A stretch of 64,000 nucleotides of DNA from Candidatus Binatia bacterium (GTDB lineage: Bacteria; Desulfobacterota; Binatia; HRBIN30), in the NCBI GenBank assembly GCA_050015455.1, contig JBEKBJ010000002.1:1091-65090 (forward strand). The letters run 5' to 3'. The notes beneath the pieces were generated by a model that worked only from the letters and a program-made list of their open reading frames with translations, had not been told where the DNA came from and did not search any database. Made by a program: the position numbers and the translations under genes. Shown piece by piece: positions 1 through 11,760 of the stretch; positions within the stretch are counted from its first letter, which is position 1, and every line of letters starts with the position of its first letter.

Positions 1-150
1 TCGGCTTGGCGCTGCCGATGTCGAGGTGGCGATACACCTGACGCGAGTCGGCGTTGACGATCTCCGCGTCTAAACGCTCCGCGACTTGTAGCGCCAGCTC
101 GGTCTTTCCAACTCCCGTCGGGCCGACCAGAGCGATGATTGCTGCGGATC

Positions 151-154
<4 letters not shown>
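1..154 (-). CDS. miaA: tRNA dimethylallyltransferase MiaA, N-terminal part (gene runs off the window edge)
   Basis: Reverse-strand translation from GTG at 152-154 gives [51 protein letters not shown]. This has the P-loop and the SRQVYR/DIGTAKP motifs typical of MiaA. The start overlaps the mutL stop (GTGA), the conserved mutL-miaA arrangement. Confidence 0.8.
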
Positions 155-2058
<1,904 letters not shown>

Positions 2059-2177
2059 GAGTCAAGTCTCATTCGAGGCTGTCCAAAGCGAACCATGTCT
2101 TGGGCGAAGTCGAAAGAAGGGAGCGGCTCGGCGGATCGATGTCCCGAGACCTTGCCTCGCGAGAGCGTCCATGCGCG

Positions 2178-3581
2178 TCAAAGCACGTAGTCACTGCGCC
2201 TGCGCGCCCACCACGCTTCCATTTCAGCGCGCTTCTCCTCAAAGCCTTTGCGCCCGACGAGACCGCAGGTGAAGCGCTTGCTCTCCTCCACCCCTGGCTG
2301 ATCGAGCGGGTTAATCCGATACAGCCCGCCGGCGAAAACGACCGCGACTTCGAAGAGGTAGAATAACTGCCCGAGCGTAAAGAGGTTGATCTGCGGCAGG
2401 GTGATGGTGATCACCGGCCGTTGTTGTTTCAGCAGGGCCAGCTCGGTGGCTTGCTGTTCGAGGTTCAACAACTGCCCCAGACCGACACCGCCGAGATAGC
2501 CGATACTCTCGAGGTCGGCGTACGCCGACGGCACCGGCAGCTCCCGCCCGTGGTCTTCGACGCGCAGCATAATGACGATCTTGTCGGCGGGCCCTTCGGC
2601 GTACAACTGCAGCTGCGAGTGCTGATCGGTGGCGCCCACGGCGACAACCGGCGTCTGCCCGGTGTGCGCCGGCGTGCCGTCCACCGTGCGTGCCTTTCCT
2701 AAACTCTCGGCCCACAGCTGCGCGAACCAAGCGCCAAACGACTGCAAGCGGTCGCTGTACGGCATCATCACCACGATGTTCTGCCCGTGCTGCGTGTCGG
2801 CAAGGTACAGCAGCGTCGCCAACAGGTGGGCCGGATGATGCCAGATACCGGCGTCGCCGCAACGGCTGTCCATCCACGCCGCCCCGGCGACAAGCTCGTC
2901 TACCTTTAGTCCGGCGAAGGCAACAGCAAACAAACCGACCGAGGTCAAAACCGAAAATCGGCCGCCGACGCCGGCCGGCACCGCGAGATCGCGGAAGCCT
3001 TCGTCGTGGACCACCTGCCGCAACGTGCCGCTTTCGGCGTCGGTGCTGACGACGACACGCTTGGCGTAGTCCACCGCGCCCAATTGGCGCAGGAGCAGGT
3101 CGCGCACAATGAGGAACTGCGCCATGGTTTCCGCCGTCTCACCCGATTTGCTGATGACGTTGAAGGTGGTCCGTGCGAGATCGAGGTTATCGAGCAGCTG
3201 CCCGAAGCTCCACGGGTCGACGTTGTCGGCCACCGCGACGCGCGTGGTCGCGTCCCCGAGCGCCGCGATCAAGGTCTTGGCACCGAGCGCCGACCCGCCG
3301 ATCCCGAGGACCACGAGCGTGTCACTCTCGGCGCGCACGTCCGTCGCCAACGCCCTGATGCGCCTGAGTGCGTCCTTCTGGTACGGCAGCTCGTAGAAGG
3401 GCAGCGCGCCCGCAGCGCGCCGCTCTTTCAGTGATGCGGCGATCTCTGCGGCGCGGGTGGCCAGCATCTCGACCTCCTGGCGTGCCACGCCTGCCCCACC
3501 GACGGTATCGGCGATCATGCCGTTGACATCGAGCCGCACGCTCATCGCCTCACGGGCCGCACGGCGACGGTAGTCGGGCAT
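2178..3581 (-). CDS. pgi: glucose-6-phosphate isomerase
   Basis: 467 aa. SIS-domain motifs VLGIGGSALGAK and ISKSGETAET, and the C-terminal PGI signature. ATG at 3581; an alternative internal start at MSVRLD is possible. Confidence 0.9.
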   Translation of the reverse strand: MPDYRRRAAREAMSVRLDVNGMIADTVGGAGVARQEVEMLATRAAEIAASLKERRAAGALPFYELPYQKDALRRIRALATDVRAESDTLVVLGIGGSALGAKTLIAALGDATTRVAVADNVDPWSFGQLLDNLDLARTTFNVISKSGETAETMAQFLIVRDLLLRQLGAVDYAKRVVVSTDAESGTLRQVVHDEGFRDLAVPAGVGGRFSVLTSVGLFAVAFAGLKVDELVAGAAWMDSRCGDAGIWHHPAHLLATLLYLADTQHGQNIVVMMPYSDRLQSFGAWFAQLWAESLGKARTVDGTPAHTGQTPVVAVGATDQHSQLQLYAEGPADKIVIMLRVEDHGRELPVPSAYADLESIGYLGGVGLGQLLNLEQQATELALLKQQRPVITITLPQINLFTLGQLFYLFEVAVVFAGGLYRINPLDQPGVEESKRFTCGLVGRKGFEEKRAEMEAWWARRRSDYVL

Positions 3582-3671
3582 GATGACGTTCCTAACATCG
3601 GCTGCTCCCCTTTACAAGAAAGTCACAGCCCAAAGGCCGCAGCCCGTGGCCCGTCGGCGATGCGCGGCGTG

Positions 3672-6239
3672 TCAGGGCAAAGGGTGACGCGACACCGACA
3701 AGACCGTGCGCCCACCGTCCAGCGCGCCGGCTTTGATCTCGGTTTCGCCGAAGCCGGTCAGTACCAGCCGCCGCGCCCGCAATTGACCGTGAAGAACCCG
3801 CAACTCGACGCGGATCTTGCCACGCGCCGGCACCTGCCGGCACGTGCCCCACGCGTACCCGTTCGACCAGAACCACATCACCGCCTTGCGTGCGGGGGCG
3901 AACGCGATCGTGGCGGCGACGGCGGAGTAGTGAAACCCCGTAACCGCCAGGAACGCCGCCCAACTCGCCATGGCGCGACCGTAATGGTGCCCGCACTCGG
4001 CTTCGTCGAACGGGTTGCGTTTGCGGCCATCATAGCGGTCGCGGATGGCGGCGATGCAACGGAGTCCGTCGCGGATCAGTCCCTCGTACAGCATTCCGGC
4101 AGCCGCGGTGTACTCGAAACCGGTCATCACTTCGTTGTAGTAGGGGAAAGGCCGTTGCGGTCGTCGCCCGCGTGGGTACGTCGCCATCAGCAGGCCCGAT
4201 TCGTCACCGAGCGCGAAGCTGCGGAGATGATTGAAGTGGCCGTGAAAGCTGCGCCGGAAGTTGTGGCGCATGATGGCGCGCAAGGTTTGCTTCACATGGC
4301 GCGGGTCGTGGAGATACCCGAGACCACAGACGTGCGCCATGTACTGACCCACGAGCTGATCCACGAGGCAGCCTGCGCCGAGCTGCAGCTCATCGAGCCC
4401 GGCGCCCATGCCGACGCGCAAACCCGGGGCGATCACGTTAGCGTCTTGCGGCACGCGAATTTCATGTTCGAAGTACTCGCCGTTGAAGAGATGCGTGTCC
4501 ATCCACGCCCGGCCCCGCTCGAAGAGGTCGCGGCAGGTCGCGGCGAAGTCCGGCTCGCCCACGGCGCGCGCCATTTCTTCCGCCGCGCGCAGCGCGCCAA
4601 GATACCAGCCCTGCATCTGCGGGTTGGGGCCGAAGTACTCGACGTCCATGGTGTTGTGTTGGCACCCCTCCATGACGCCATCGCGGTCGGCATCCCAACC
4701 GCCGGGGATCCAGCAAAACTCCAGCGCCTTGCGCGCCTGCGGCCAGAGCTCGCGTAGCATCGCCTCGTCGCCGGAAAGCTGCCAGTCGCGATATAGTTTC
4801 ATCAGACAGCCCATCTGTCCGTCAGCGGCGGCGAACGGAAACCCCTGCGCCTGTAACAGCGGCAGGTTGACGCGGAAACTCATCAGCCCGTTGTCATGCG
4901 TGGCATGGGCGAACTCCACCTCGCGCATTGAACGGGCGAGGTCGCCGAAAAGAAACGCGGTGGCATGCTCGTAGTTCCAGACGTGCGTGCACGAGCCGGC
5001 ACAGGAGCCGGAGTGATCGTGCGAGCCTTCCCACGCAAAAAACCGCCCGTCCGCGGTGCGGAAGCAGGTTTGTGTGCGTAGCGTGCTGAGATTGAAGAGA
5101 GCGGCCTCCTTCACGGCGAGCGGGAGGTCGCTCTGGCAGAAGGCGGAGACGAACGTGGTCGTGTCCCTCTCCAACCGGTCAAGTCGCGCAGCGGTCTTCT
5201 CGGCCACGTCCCAAGCGTCGGCGTAGCGGGTGCTGTAGTAGTTGCCGACAATGTTGGCGGGGTCCTGGTCCACGGTAGTGAGAGGGGACCAGCCTTGCCG
5301 GTTGGGGAAACGCCACGTCAGCAAGAAGGTGACGGCTTTCGTCTGGCGTCGACCGAGCCGGAGTTTCACAGCGAGTGATGCAACAGGAGCGTCATCGCTG
5401 GGATTCTGAGGACGATTCTCCAACTCGCCGCCAGCGGAAAAATCGTCCCAGAAATCCAAGATGCAGTCGCCCCATGAAAGTGTAGCCCACGCCATCCGGT
5501 AGGTGATACCGGTCGAGGCCGTGGTGACCAGCGCGATGGTGCCCCAACGTTCCGATTGGGGATCGACACCGCGGGAATCCATGAAGATGCCACGCAGCTT
5601 GGCGGTTTGGCGATAGGTGTTGCGGTTGTCTTTCGTTCCGGTCGGGAGGTCGACGTCGCCCCACACGCGCGTGGTGGTCGAACCGTCGGATCCGATGAAG
5701 TTGGGAATGCTGCCGCACACACTAACGGTGACGCGGCGGCGGGTCTTGTTGGTGAGGATGTAACGGAGCACCGCAACGGGGATGCCGCTGTCGTCAGCGT
5801 TGCCGGGAATGAGCGGGTTGAAGGCCTGGAGACGGACATCGACCGCTACGGCCGGATCAGAGAGAAAGACCTGACCGAATGGGTACGCAGTAGCGAAGGA
5901 CGCGCGCCGGAACCGGGGCAGGCCGTGGTTGCCGGTGCGGCAGCCGCGCGGCCCCTCGTACTCGGTGGTCTCGAGGGGACCTTCCAGCGCGCGTGTGACG
6001 GCGGGTGCACCGTAGGGCTGAGTATAGAGCGTGAAGACAGGTGGCACGACGTTCATGACGTACGCGGCGTACCCAGGCAGGAATCCCTTGGCGGGCCGGT
6101 TCATGATTTCCCAGTCGCGCAGGTCGCCACGCCCACCAAGCGAGACGGTTCCAGTACCGATGCCGCCGAGGGGCAGGGCGACGTGGCCGAGATGGTCCTG
6201 ATCGTAGGTGCGAAGGATAGGCCAAGGATTTCGCTTCAT
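3672..6239 (-). CDS. glycoside hydrolase family 116 (GBA2-type beta-glucosidase / glucosylceramidase-like)
   Basis: 855 aa. The N-terminal LPLGGIGTGTVSLGGRG motif is characteristic of the GBA2/GH116 N-terminal domain. A large (alpha/alpha)6-type C-terminal region follows. No signal peptide. Confidence 0.7.
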   Translation of the reverse strand: MKRNPWPILRTYDQDHLGHVALPLGGIGTGTVSLGGRGDLRDWEIMNRPAKGFLPGYAAYVMNVVPPVFTLYTQPYGAPAVTRALEGPLETTEYEGPRGCRTGNHGLPRFRRASFATAYPFGQVFLSDPAVAVDVRLQAFNPLIPGNADDSGIPVAVLRYILTNKTRRRVTVSVCGSIPNFIGSDGSTTTRVWGDVDLPTGTKDNRNTYRQTAKLRGIFMDSRGVDPQSERWGTIALVTTASTGITYRMAWATLSWGDCILDFWDDFSAGGELENRPQNPSDDAPVASLAVKLRLGRRQTKAVTFLLTWRFPNRQGWSPLTTVDQDPANIVGNYYSTRYADAWDVAEKTAARLDRLERDTTTFVSAFCQSDLPLAVKEAALFNLSTLRTQTCFRTADGRFFAWEGSHDHSGSCAGSCTHVWNYEHATAFLFGDLARSMREVEFAHATHDNGLMSFRVNLPLLQAQGFPFAAADGQMGCLMKLYRDWQLSGDEAMLRELWPQARKALEFCWIPGGWDADRDGVMEGCQHNTMDVEYFGPNPQMQGWYLGALRAAEEMARAVGEPDFAATCRDLFERGRAWMDTHLFNGEYFEHEIRVPQDANVIAPGLRVGMGAGLDELQLGAGCLVDQLVGQYMAHVCGLGYLHDPRHVKQTLRAIMRHNFRRSFHGHFNHLRSFALGDESGLLMATYPRGRRPQRPFPYYNEVMTGFEYTAAAGMLYEGLIRDGLRCIAAIRDRYDGRKRNPFDEAECGHHYGRAMASWAAFLAVTGFHYSAVAATIAFAPARKAVMWFWSNGYAWGTCRQVPARGKIRVELRVLHGQLRARRLVLTGFGETEIKAGALDGGRTVLSVSRHPLP

Positions 6240-6333
6240 TGCCTTGCTCTAGTAGTTACTAGGCCGTTCTCACTTCCAGTCCAACGCTCGCACGGCCGTT
6301 GGCATGTGGAGAGTAGCTTGTCCCGGCGTACCG

Positions 6334-7446
6334 TCAACGTCTTCGATAGCTGAAAGGGTGCAGCGGTACCGTTGGCGTCGCCGCGGTGATCAACTCGGTG
6401 ACCAGTTGCGCCGTGATGGGCGCCAGCAGAATCCCATTTCGATGATGCCCCGTGGCCAGCAGTACGTTGGCCAAGCCAGGCAGGGGCGCGATGATCGGAC
6501 GGCGGATCGTCGGACAGGGTCGCAGCCCCGCCCATGTCCGCACCGGTGCCGCACCATCCAGTCGCGGCACCATGAGCGCAGCGTTGGCGAGCAGGGTCGC
6601 GACGCCTTCGGCCGTGACCTGCTTATCGAAGCCGACGAACGCCACCGTGCTGCCGACAAGCACCTTTCCAGCGCGCGGCACGAGGTAGCCCATCTCTGCC
6701 GAGACGGTGTGGTGCAGCTCCCAATTTTCGCACTGGAGTGCCAGCATTTCGCCACGTGCAGGACGCAGTGGCACCTTGACACCGAGGCTGGTGAGCAGCT
6801 CGCCCGACCACGCACCGGCGGCGACCACGACGACCCCGGCCTCGACGACGCCCGAGTCTAGGTGGAGCTTTACAGCATCGCCTACCGGCGATATCGCCTG
6901 CGCCGCGGCGCGCAGTCGGAACTCCACGCCCCGACGCTGCGCCGCGGCGACCAGCGCCGCGACCAAGCGTTCGCTATCGACGCTACGATCATCCGCAAAG
7001 AACGCACCACCGCAGATATTCGCACTCACGCTCGGTTCCAGCGCCCGCACTTCTGAAGGCGTGAGCCACTCGCACCGTAGTCCCTGCTGCACGCGGTGCT
7101 CTATTAGTTGGTGCAACCCTTCTGCTTCCGCCGTCGTGAAGGCAAGCGCGATCAGCCCCTCGCGCCGATATCCCAGGTCGATGCCGGTCTCTTCCTCCAA
7201 CGCCGCGACCAGCGCCGGGAACATCGCGGCGCTGCGGCGGCGCAAATCGAGCAGCGCCCCTTGCCGCGCCCGGCCGCTCGACACCGCAAGCACACCGGCA
7301 GCTGCATTCGACGCTTCGCAGCCCGGCGTGCCGCGTTCCACCACCACGACGCGCAGCTTGGTTGAACGCGCCAGATAATAAGCGATGGCGGCGCCAATGA
7401 CGCCGGCCCCTACAATCGCGACGTCGGCGTGGCGCGTTACGGTCAT
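6334..7446 (-). CDS. FAD-dependent oxidoreductase (glycine oxidase ThiO / DAO family)
   Basis: Rossmann dinucleotide motif VAIVGAGVIGAAIAYYL near the N-terminus, length ~370 aa, DAO-family architecture. The ORF-track start at 7464 is TTG; the first ATG (MTVTRH) is at 7446. Confidence 0.7.
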   Translation of the reverse strand: MTVTRHADVAIVGAGVIGAAIAYYLARSTKLRVVVVERGTPGCEASNAAAGVLAVSSGRARQGALLDLRRRSAAMFPALVAALEEETGIDLGYRREGLIALAFTTAEAEGLHQLIEHRVQQGLRCEWLTPSEVRALEPSVSANICGGAFFADDRSVDSERLVAALVAAAQRRGVEFRLRAAAQAISPVGDAVKLHLDSGVVEAGVVVVAAGAWSGELLTSLGVKVPLRPARGEMLALQCENWELHHTVSAEMGYLVPRAGKVLVGSTVAFVGFDKQVTAEGVATLLANAALMVPRLDGAAPVRTWAGLRPCPTIRRPIIAPLPGLANVLLATGHHRNGILLAPITAQLVTELITAATPTVPLHPFSYRRR

Positions 7447-7530
7447 GGCGTCAGTATTACGCAAGCTGTGCGTGAAGGGTAGCAGAGAGTGGGTTGTGAA
7501 CCCAGCATGCGCCTGGTATTTTCATTATCA

Positions 7531-8331
7531 ATGCTTCGTGCAGATTTTCACCACCACATCAACACCGATCCGTGCGACGGCAGTTTCGTTCGCCATTCCG
7601 CCGGGGCGCTGATCGATCGCGCCGCCGCCATCGGTCTCGACGTCCTAGCGATCACTTGCCACGACTCGGTTCCGTACGATCAGGGAGCGACACGCTACGC
7701 CGCGGAACGCGATATCCTGCTCCTGCGCGGCATGGAGGCCACGGTTGACGGCCATCATGTGCTGCTACTGAATTTTCGCGAGTTCCCTCGTGGCGTCTGC
7801 ACCATGGCCGACGTCACGGCGTGCAAGTCGTCGGATGCCATGGTGATCGCTCCGCACCCGTTTTATCCTGCCGCAGCGGCAGGAGGTGACTTGCTAGTGC
7901 AAGATGGCGCTGTGTTTGACGCGATTGAGTTCTCCGGCCTGTACACGCCGCTAACCCAGGGCTTCAATCGCCGAGCGCTGGAACACGCACGCAAGGCCAA
8001 CCTGCCGGTGGTCGGGAATTCCGACACACACTTCCTGTGGCAGCTGGGGCGCACGTACACGCTCATCGACGCCGCGCCGGAGCCCGCCGCCGTGCTTGAG
8101 GCTGTTCGCCACGGGCGGGTGCAACTGGTGACGCAGCCGCTGAGCTGGGTGCACCTCATGCGGTTCATTTTGGAGTCGCATTCGACGGTGCATACCCTAC
8201 GGGACAGTCTGCTCTACATGTTCCAGGTGCTACAGCGCACCCGGGTGCGGCGCCAGCCGGCGCCCTATGCTGCGGTGCCGGTGACGGCGCCGGTCCCGCG
8301 TACCCCGGAGGTCCGCGCCGAGCGCCGTTGA
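7531..8331 (+). CDS. PHP-domain metal-dependent phosphoesterase
   Basis: MLRADFHHHINTD (metal-binding HxH at the N-terminus), plus DVLAITCHD and SDTHF motifs typical of PHP/histidinol-phosphatase-like phosphoesterases. ATG at 7531 chosen over the upstream GTG at 7489. Confidence 0.65.
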   Translation: MLRADFHHHINTDPCDGSFVRHSAGALIDRAAAIGLDVLAITCHDSVPYDQGATRYAAERDILLLRGMEATVDGHHVLLLNFREFPRGVCTMADVTACKSSDAMVIAPHPFYPAAAAGGDLLVQDGAVFDAIEFSGLYTPLTQGFNRRALEHARKANLPVVGNSDTHFLWQLGRTYTLIDAAPEPAAVLEAVRHGRVQLVTQPLSWVHLMRFILESHSTVHTLRDSLLYMFQVLQRTRVRRQPAPYAAVPVTAPVPRTPEVRAERR

Positions 8332-8383
8332 GGACGACGCGGGCCAACCTCGATCCCAACCGCGAGCGTGAGGAAGCGGCCAG

Positions 8384-8578
8384 CTACCGCGGCCGGCGCA
8401 TTTTGCGATAGTAGTCGCCGCGCTGCTTGCACAGCTGTTTGAGGCGTTCGTCGGCTTCGCGCGTGAGCCGCGACTTACGGTTCAAGAGGTGGTAAACACC
8501 CAGCAAGGCCGTCGCCAGTGCCAGCCCGGCGAAGGGATGATCCCCGAGGTACCGCACGACAACTTGGAACTGATCCAT
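8384..8578 (-). CDS. hypothetical small membrane protein (64 aa)
   Basis: One predicted TM helix (FAGLALATALLGVYHLL) followed by a basic tail. No family recognised. Could be spurious. Confidence 0.3.
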   Translation of the reverse strand: MDQFQVVVRYLGDHPFAGLALATALLGVYHLLNRKSRLTREADERLKQLCKQRGDYYRKMRRPR

Positions 8579-8694
8579 AGCGTTCCGCCGCTTCCATAGA
8601 GTAAGGCCGACAAGGGAGATCTACAAGGGCAAATTTTCTTCGTCGCGCGGTGCCGCTGCTGGGCGGGGTGCCATGCCGTTATTACTACATCGAT

Positions 8695-9582
8695 TCACAA
8701 CCCGAGCCCGACCAGCAACTCGGTCGGTGGCCGAAAGCTTCTCAACGGCCACTGCAAGGCTTCGTCGATCTCGGCAAGCATTGCCGGCTTGTCGTGCGGT
8801 ATACGGCCACGTACGTCGAGGAAGTTGGAGACGTGGTCCGAGAGCAGCGTCGTCGGTCCTTCGAGGTGTTCGACCAGCAGCCGGGTTTCCTGCAACGCCT
8901 GATGTGCAGATAACAAGGTCAAATCGCCCGCCCTCCAGCGGTCGTGCCAAGGCGTGTCCGGCTGTGGCACGAACGTGCGCAGGCGAACGAAGGTCGGTGG
9001 CGCCGCATTGAGAACGCGAGCGCTACCGAGCGCGTGCTCGCGCCAGCGTTCTGCACCTGCAACACCGACCATGAGGTAGACCGAGAGCTCGATGCCAGCG
9101 CTCATCACGTGCCGGTAGGCCTCAATCGCCTGCTCCGGCGTGACTCCCTTGTTGATCGCCTGCAAGGTGGCCGCATCACCGGATTCCAGACCCGAGTGGA
9201 TGCGGCTGATGCCGGCGGCGGCCACGCGTCGCCATTCCTCCCCCGTCTTCTTGACCAGAAACTTTGCCGATCCGTACACCGTGATCCGGCGCAGGCGCGG
9301 AAAGCGCGCGCGGGCCGCTTCGCCGATCGTCGCCAGCTTTTCAGTGGGCAACACCGCAGAGTTGCCGTCGGCGAGGAATATAGTTTGCACACGATCAGGG
9401 CCGTACACCGCCAAGGCGATGTCGAGGTCTTCGATGATCTCCTCTATGGGCCGCACCCGGAACTTGCGGCCCTTGTACATGGAGCAAAAGGCGCACTTGT
9501 TGTGCGGACATGCCAGCGTCGCCTGGATGATCAGCGACCCGGCTTCACTCGGGGGACGATACACAACGCCCTCATAGCGCAT
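8695..9582 (-). CDS. radical SAM domain protein (unusual CX4CX2C cluster motif)
   Basis: ACPHNKCAFCSMY cluster motif near the N-terminus, with glycine-rich SAM-binding-like segments downstream. Start taken at the ATG (MRYEGVV) preceded by a GAGAGG Shine-Dalgarno; the ORF-track start at 9717 is probably an over-extension. Confidence 0.65.
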   Translation of the reverse strand: MRYEGVVYRPPSEAGSLIIQATLACPHNKCAFCSMYKGRKFRVRPIEEIIEDLDIALAVYGPDRVQTIFLADGNSAVLPTEKLATIGEAARARFPRLRRITVYGSAKFLVKKTGEEWRRVAAAGISRIHSGLESGDAATLQAINKGVTPEQAIEAYRHVMSAGIELSVYLMVGVAGAERWREHALGSARVLNAAPPTFVRLRTFVPQPDTPWHDRWRAGDLTLLSAHQALQETRLLVEHLEGPTTLLSDHVSNFLDVRGRIPHDKPAMLAEIDEALQWPLRSFRPPTELLVGLGL

Positions 9583-9723
9583 ATTCAGCCTCTCGTAGTG
9601 CGTCACACGGCCGAAACGTGTGTGGTCTCGACCCACTTGGATACATACACCGGCAGGCCGCAGATGTGTAGCGTCCCCGCCGAATCCGCTCTCGGACTTC
9701 TGCAGCGGACGCAACACCAGTTG

Positions 9724-10344
9724 TTACAAATGCCCGACACAGTCCAGCGCTTCCGCGTACCAGGCTTCGTGATCGCGCGCCAGAATATGGATCGAGCCGA
9801 GCGCAACACACAGCTGGCGACGGTGCACTTCGTCCACCCCGAGCAGCTCCGAGACAATGGAGCGGATCACGCCTTTGTGCAGCACGAACAGCAGCTCGCC
9901 CGTAGGCGCCTGCGCCAGGACTCGGTGCAGCGTGCGCGCCACCCGTTCATGGAAGTCACGGCTGGACTCGCCTCCGGGATACACGAATTCGCCATGGCGC
10001 ACTTGCCACTGCGCGTACAACGCCGGCTGCCGCTCCCGGATCTGTTCGGCGGTGAGCCCCTCCCACTCACCAAAATCGATCTCGTCGAACCCGGCCAGTG
10101 GCGTCACCGGCTGCGCACCGCCGGTAACGATCCGCGCCGCCTCGGCGCTGCGCGACAATGTGCTGCTGTAAGTGGCGACAAAGCTTTGCGAGATCAAGGC
10201 GCCGCGCACCCGTTGCATCTGGGCGCGCCCGAGTTGGCTCAGCGGCACGTCGGTGCGGCCGTAGTAACGGATGCTCGATTCGCCCTCGGTCTCACCGTGG
10301 CGCACGAGCGTCAGGCGCGTCGGCTCGCCGGCGCGTCGGCTCAC
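9724..10344 (-). CDS. histidine phosphatase family protein (phosphoglycerate mutase-like / CobC-like)
   Basis: LVRHGETE catalytic RHG motif, second His in FVLHKGVIR, ~200 aa. The GTG start overlaps the stop of the upstream HD gene by 4 nt. Confidence 0.8.
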   Translation of the reverse strand: MSRRAGEPTRLTLVRHGETEGESSIRYYGRTDVPLSQLGRAQMQRVRGALISQSFVATYSSTLSRSAEAARIVTGGAQPVTPLAGFDEIDFGEWEGLTAEQIRERQPALYAQWQVRHGEFVYPGGESSRDFHERVARTLHRVLAQAPTGELLFVLHKGVIRSIVSELLGVDEVHRRQLCVALGSIHILARDHEAWYAEALDCVGHL

Positions 10345-11630
10345 CTGCGTGCCCCCACCTGGTGCTCGCTCGGATAGCCGAAGATCTCACGGGCCGCCGC
10401 TGCTGTACGTCCCGCCACCGCCTCCGGTACGAACACGTACAGGCGCCAGAGGCCGGCGTAGCGCGCTTCCAACGCTTGGATTTCGGAACTTGGCTGGCCG
10501 TCGACGACGTTGAGCGAATGGATCCCCTTCGGCGTCCGCACCAGAACCGCAGCCTCCTTCATCACCGTCATAGCGGGACAGTAGAGGATGACTTCCGAGG
10601 GCTCGCACCCGGTCTCGCGCGCCAATATCTCTTCGGCCTCGCGCCGATTGTGCGCCGATTCGTGGAAGCGTTCGACCAGCCCTCGCCGCTCCTCCGCTGG
10701 CACCGTCAGCGGCGAGATCACGTAGCCGCGCTTGAGCAGCGCGCGCCGCTCCAGGCGGTCCGCCAGGCCGGCGATGCGCGGGTCGGGAAGCGCCGCTGTG
10801 GGAATCTTATGCAGTCGTTGCAGCAGCGTCCAGTCGTTGAGCCGCAAGAGCTCGTCTTCATCCAAGGCGCCGTGTTCCCGCGCCAGTTCGACCGCTTTGG
10901 AGATCATCGCACCGGATGTGACTTTGGCGTGGTGGTAGTAGACACGTTCGGTGAGGAAGTAGCGCAGGCGCAGAAGCTGCACAGTTTCGGAACGGGCGTC
11001 CGGCCGCTCCATACCGTGCTTCGTCATGTCGACTACCAGTTGACCGTCTTCGACGCAGAAGTAACGAAAAATGCGGTCATCGTAGCTTGCCGCTAGGCCG
11101 GCAAAGTACGCATCGCGCCGCAGGTAGTCGAGCAGGTCCGCGTCGACGGTGCCGGCGACCACCTCGCGTGCCCAGGGCGGCACGGCCGCCGCACTCGCGG
11201 GCGCCCCGAGCAGCGCCGCCAGCGGCTCTCTGAGTCCAAGCGCCTCCAGGAGCGCCCCCAATCGGCCGGCAAACAACTTCACCAACCGCGTGCCCTTGTC
11301 GTGCCGCGGAAACAGACGGCGCTCGTCCTCCAGCGTGTGCCCGAAGGGCACGTGAGTGACGTCATGCAGCAACGCCGCCACCCCGATCAGTTGCTCCAGC
11401 TGCTGGTCCACTGCCGTGCCCGCGTCCCGTACGGCGGCGATGATCCGCTTGCTGAGCGCATTCACACCGAGCGAGTGATCAAAACGCGTATGCAGGCACC
11501 CCGGATACACCAGGCTGGCGGTGCCGAGTTGTTTGATGCCGCGCAGCCGCTGCAGCTCCGGTGAATCGAGCACCTCCTCCTCGACCGGGTCGAGGGAGAT
11601 GTCACCGTGGATGGCATCGCGAATGAGCAT
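10341..11630 (-). CDS. HD-domain phosphohydrolase (dGTPase-like)
   Basis: RFDHSLGV HD motif, LLHDVTHVPFGH, ~430 aa, typical of dGTP triphosphohydrolase-like HD proteins. ATG at 11630; the ORF-track GTG is at 11639. Confidence 0.8.
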   Translation of the reverse strand: MLIRDAIHGDISLDPVEEEVLDSPELQRLRGIKQLGTASLVYPGCLHTRFDHSLGVNALSKRIIAAVRDAGTAVDQQLEQLIGVAALLHDVTHVPFGHTLEDERRLFPRHDKGTRLVKLFAGRLGALLEALGLREPLAALLGAPASAAAVPPWAREVVAGTVDADLLDYLRRDAYFAGLAASYDDRIFRYFCVEDGQLVVDMTKHGMERPDARSETVQLLRLRYFLTERVYYHHAKVTSGAMISKAVELAREHGALDEDELLRLNDWTLLQRLHKIPTAALPDPRIAGLADRLERRALLKRGYVISPLTVPAEERRGLVERFHESAHNRREAEEILARETGCEPSEVILYCPAMTVMKEAAVLVRTPKGIHSLNVVDGQPSSEIQALEARYAGLWRLYVFVPEAVAGRTAAAAREIFGYPSEHQVGARR

Positions 11631-11760
11631 AGCACCCACGATACCCTTGCCGGCGGCGCTCGTCGAACCGCGGCGGCCGTGTTCCTATGACCTCATTCGA
11701 CAGGTTTCCTCTTCCTTCGACTCATTGCTGGCCGCTCTCCCCTCAGGTAAGGTCCGGCCG

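Noticed and set aside
3582-3671. Weak hairpin (GGCC..GGCC) downstream of the GH116 gene as terminator
   Set aside because: The stem is only 4 bp and the T-run is short. Not convincing as an intrinsic terminator.
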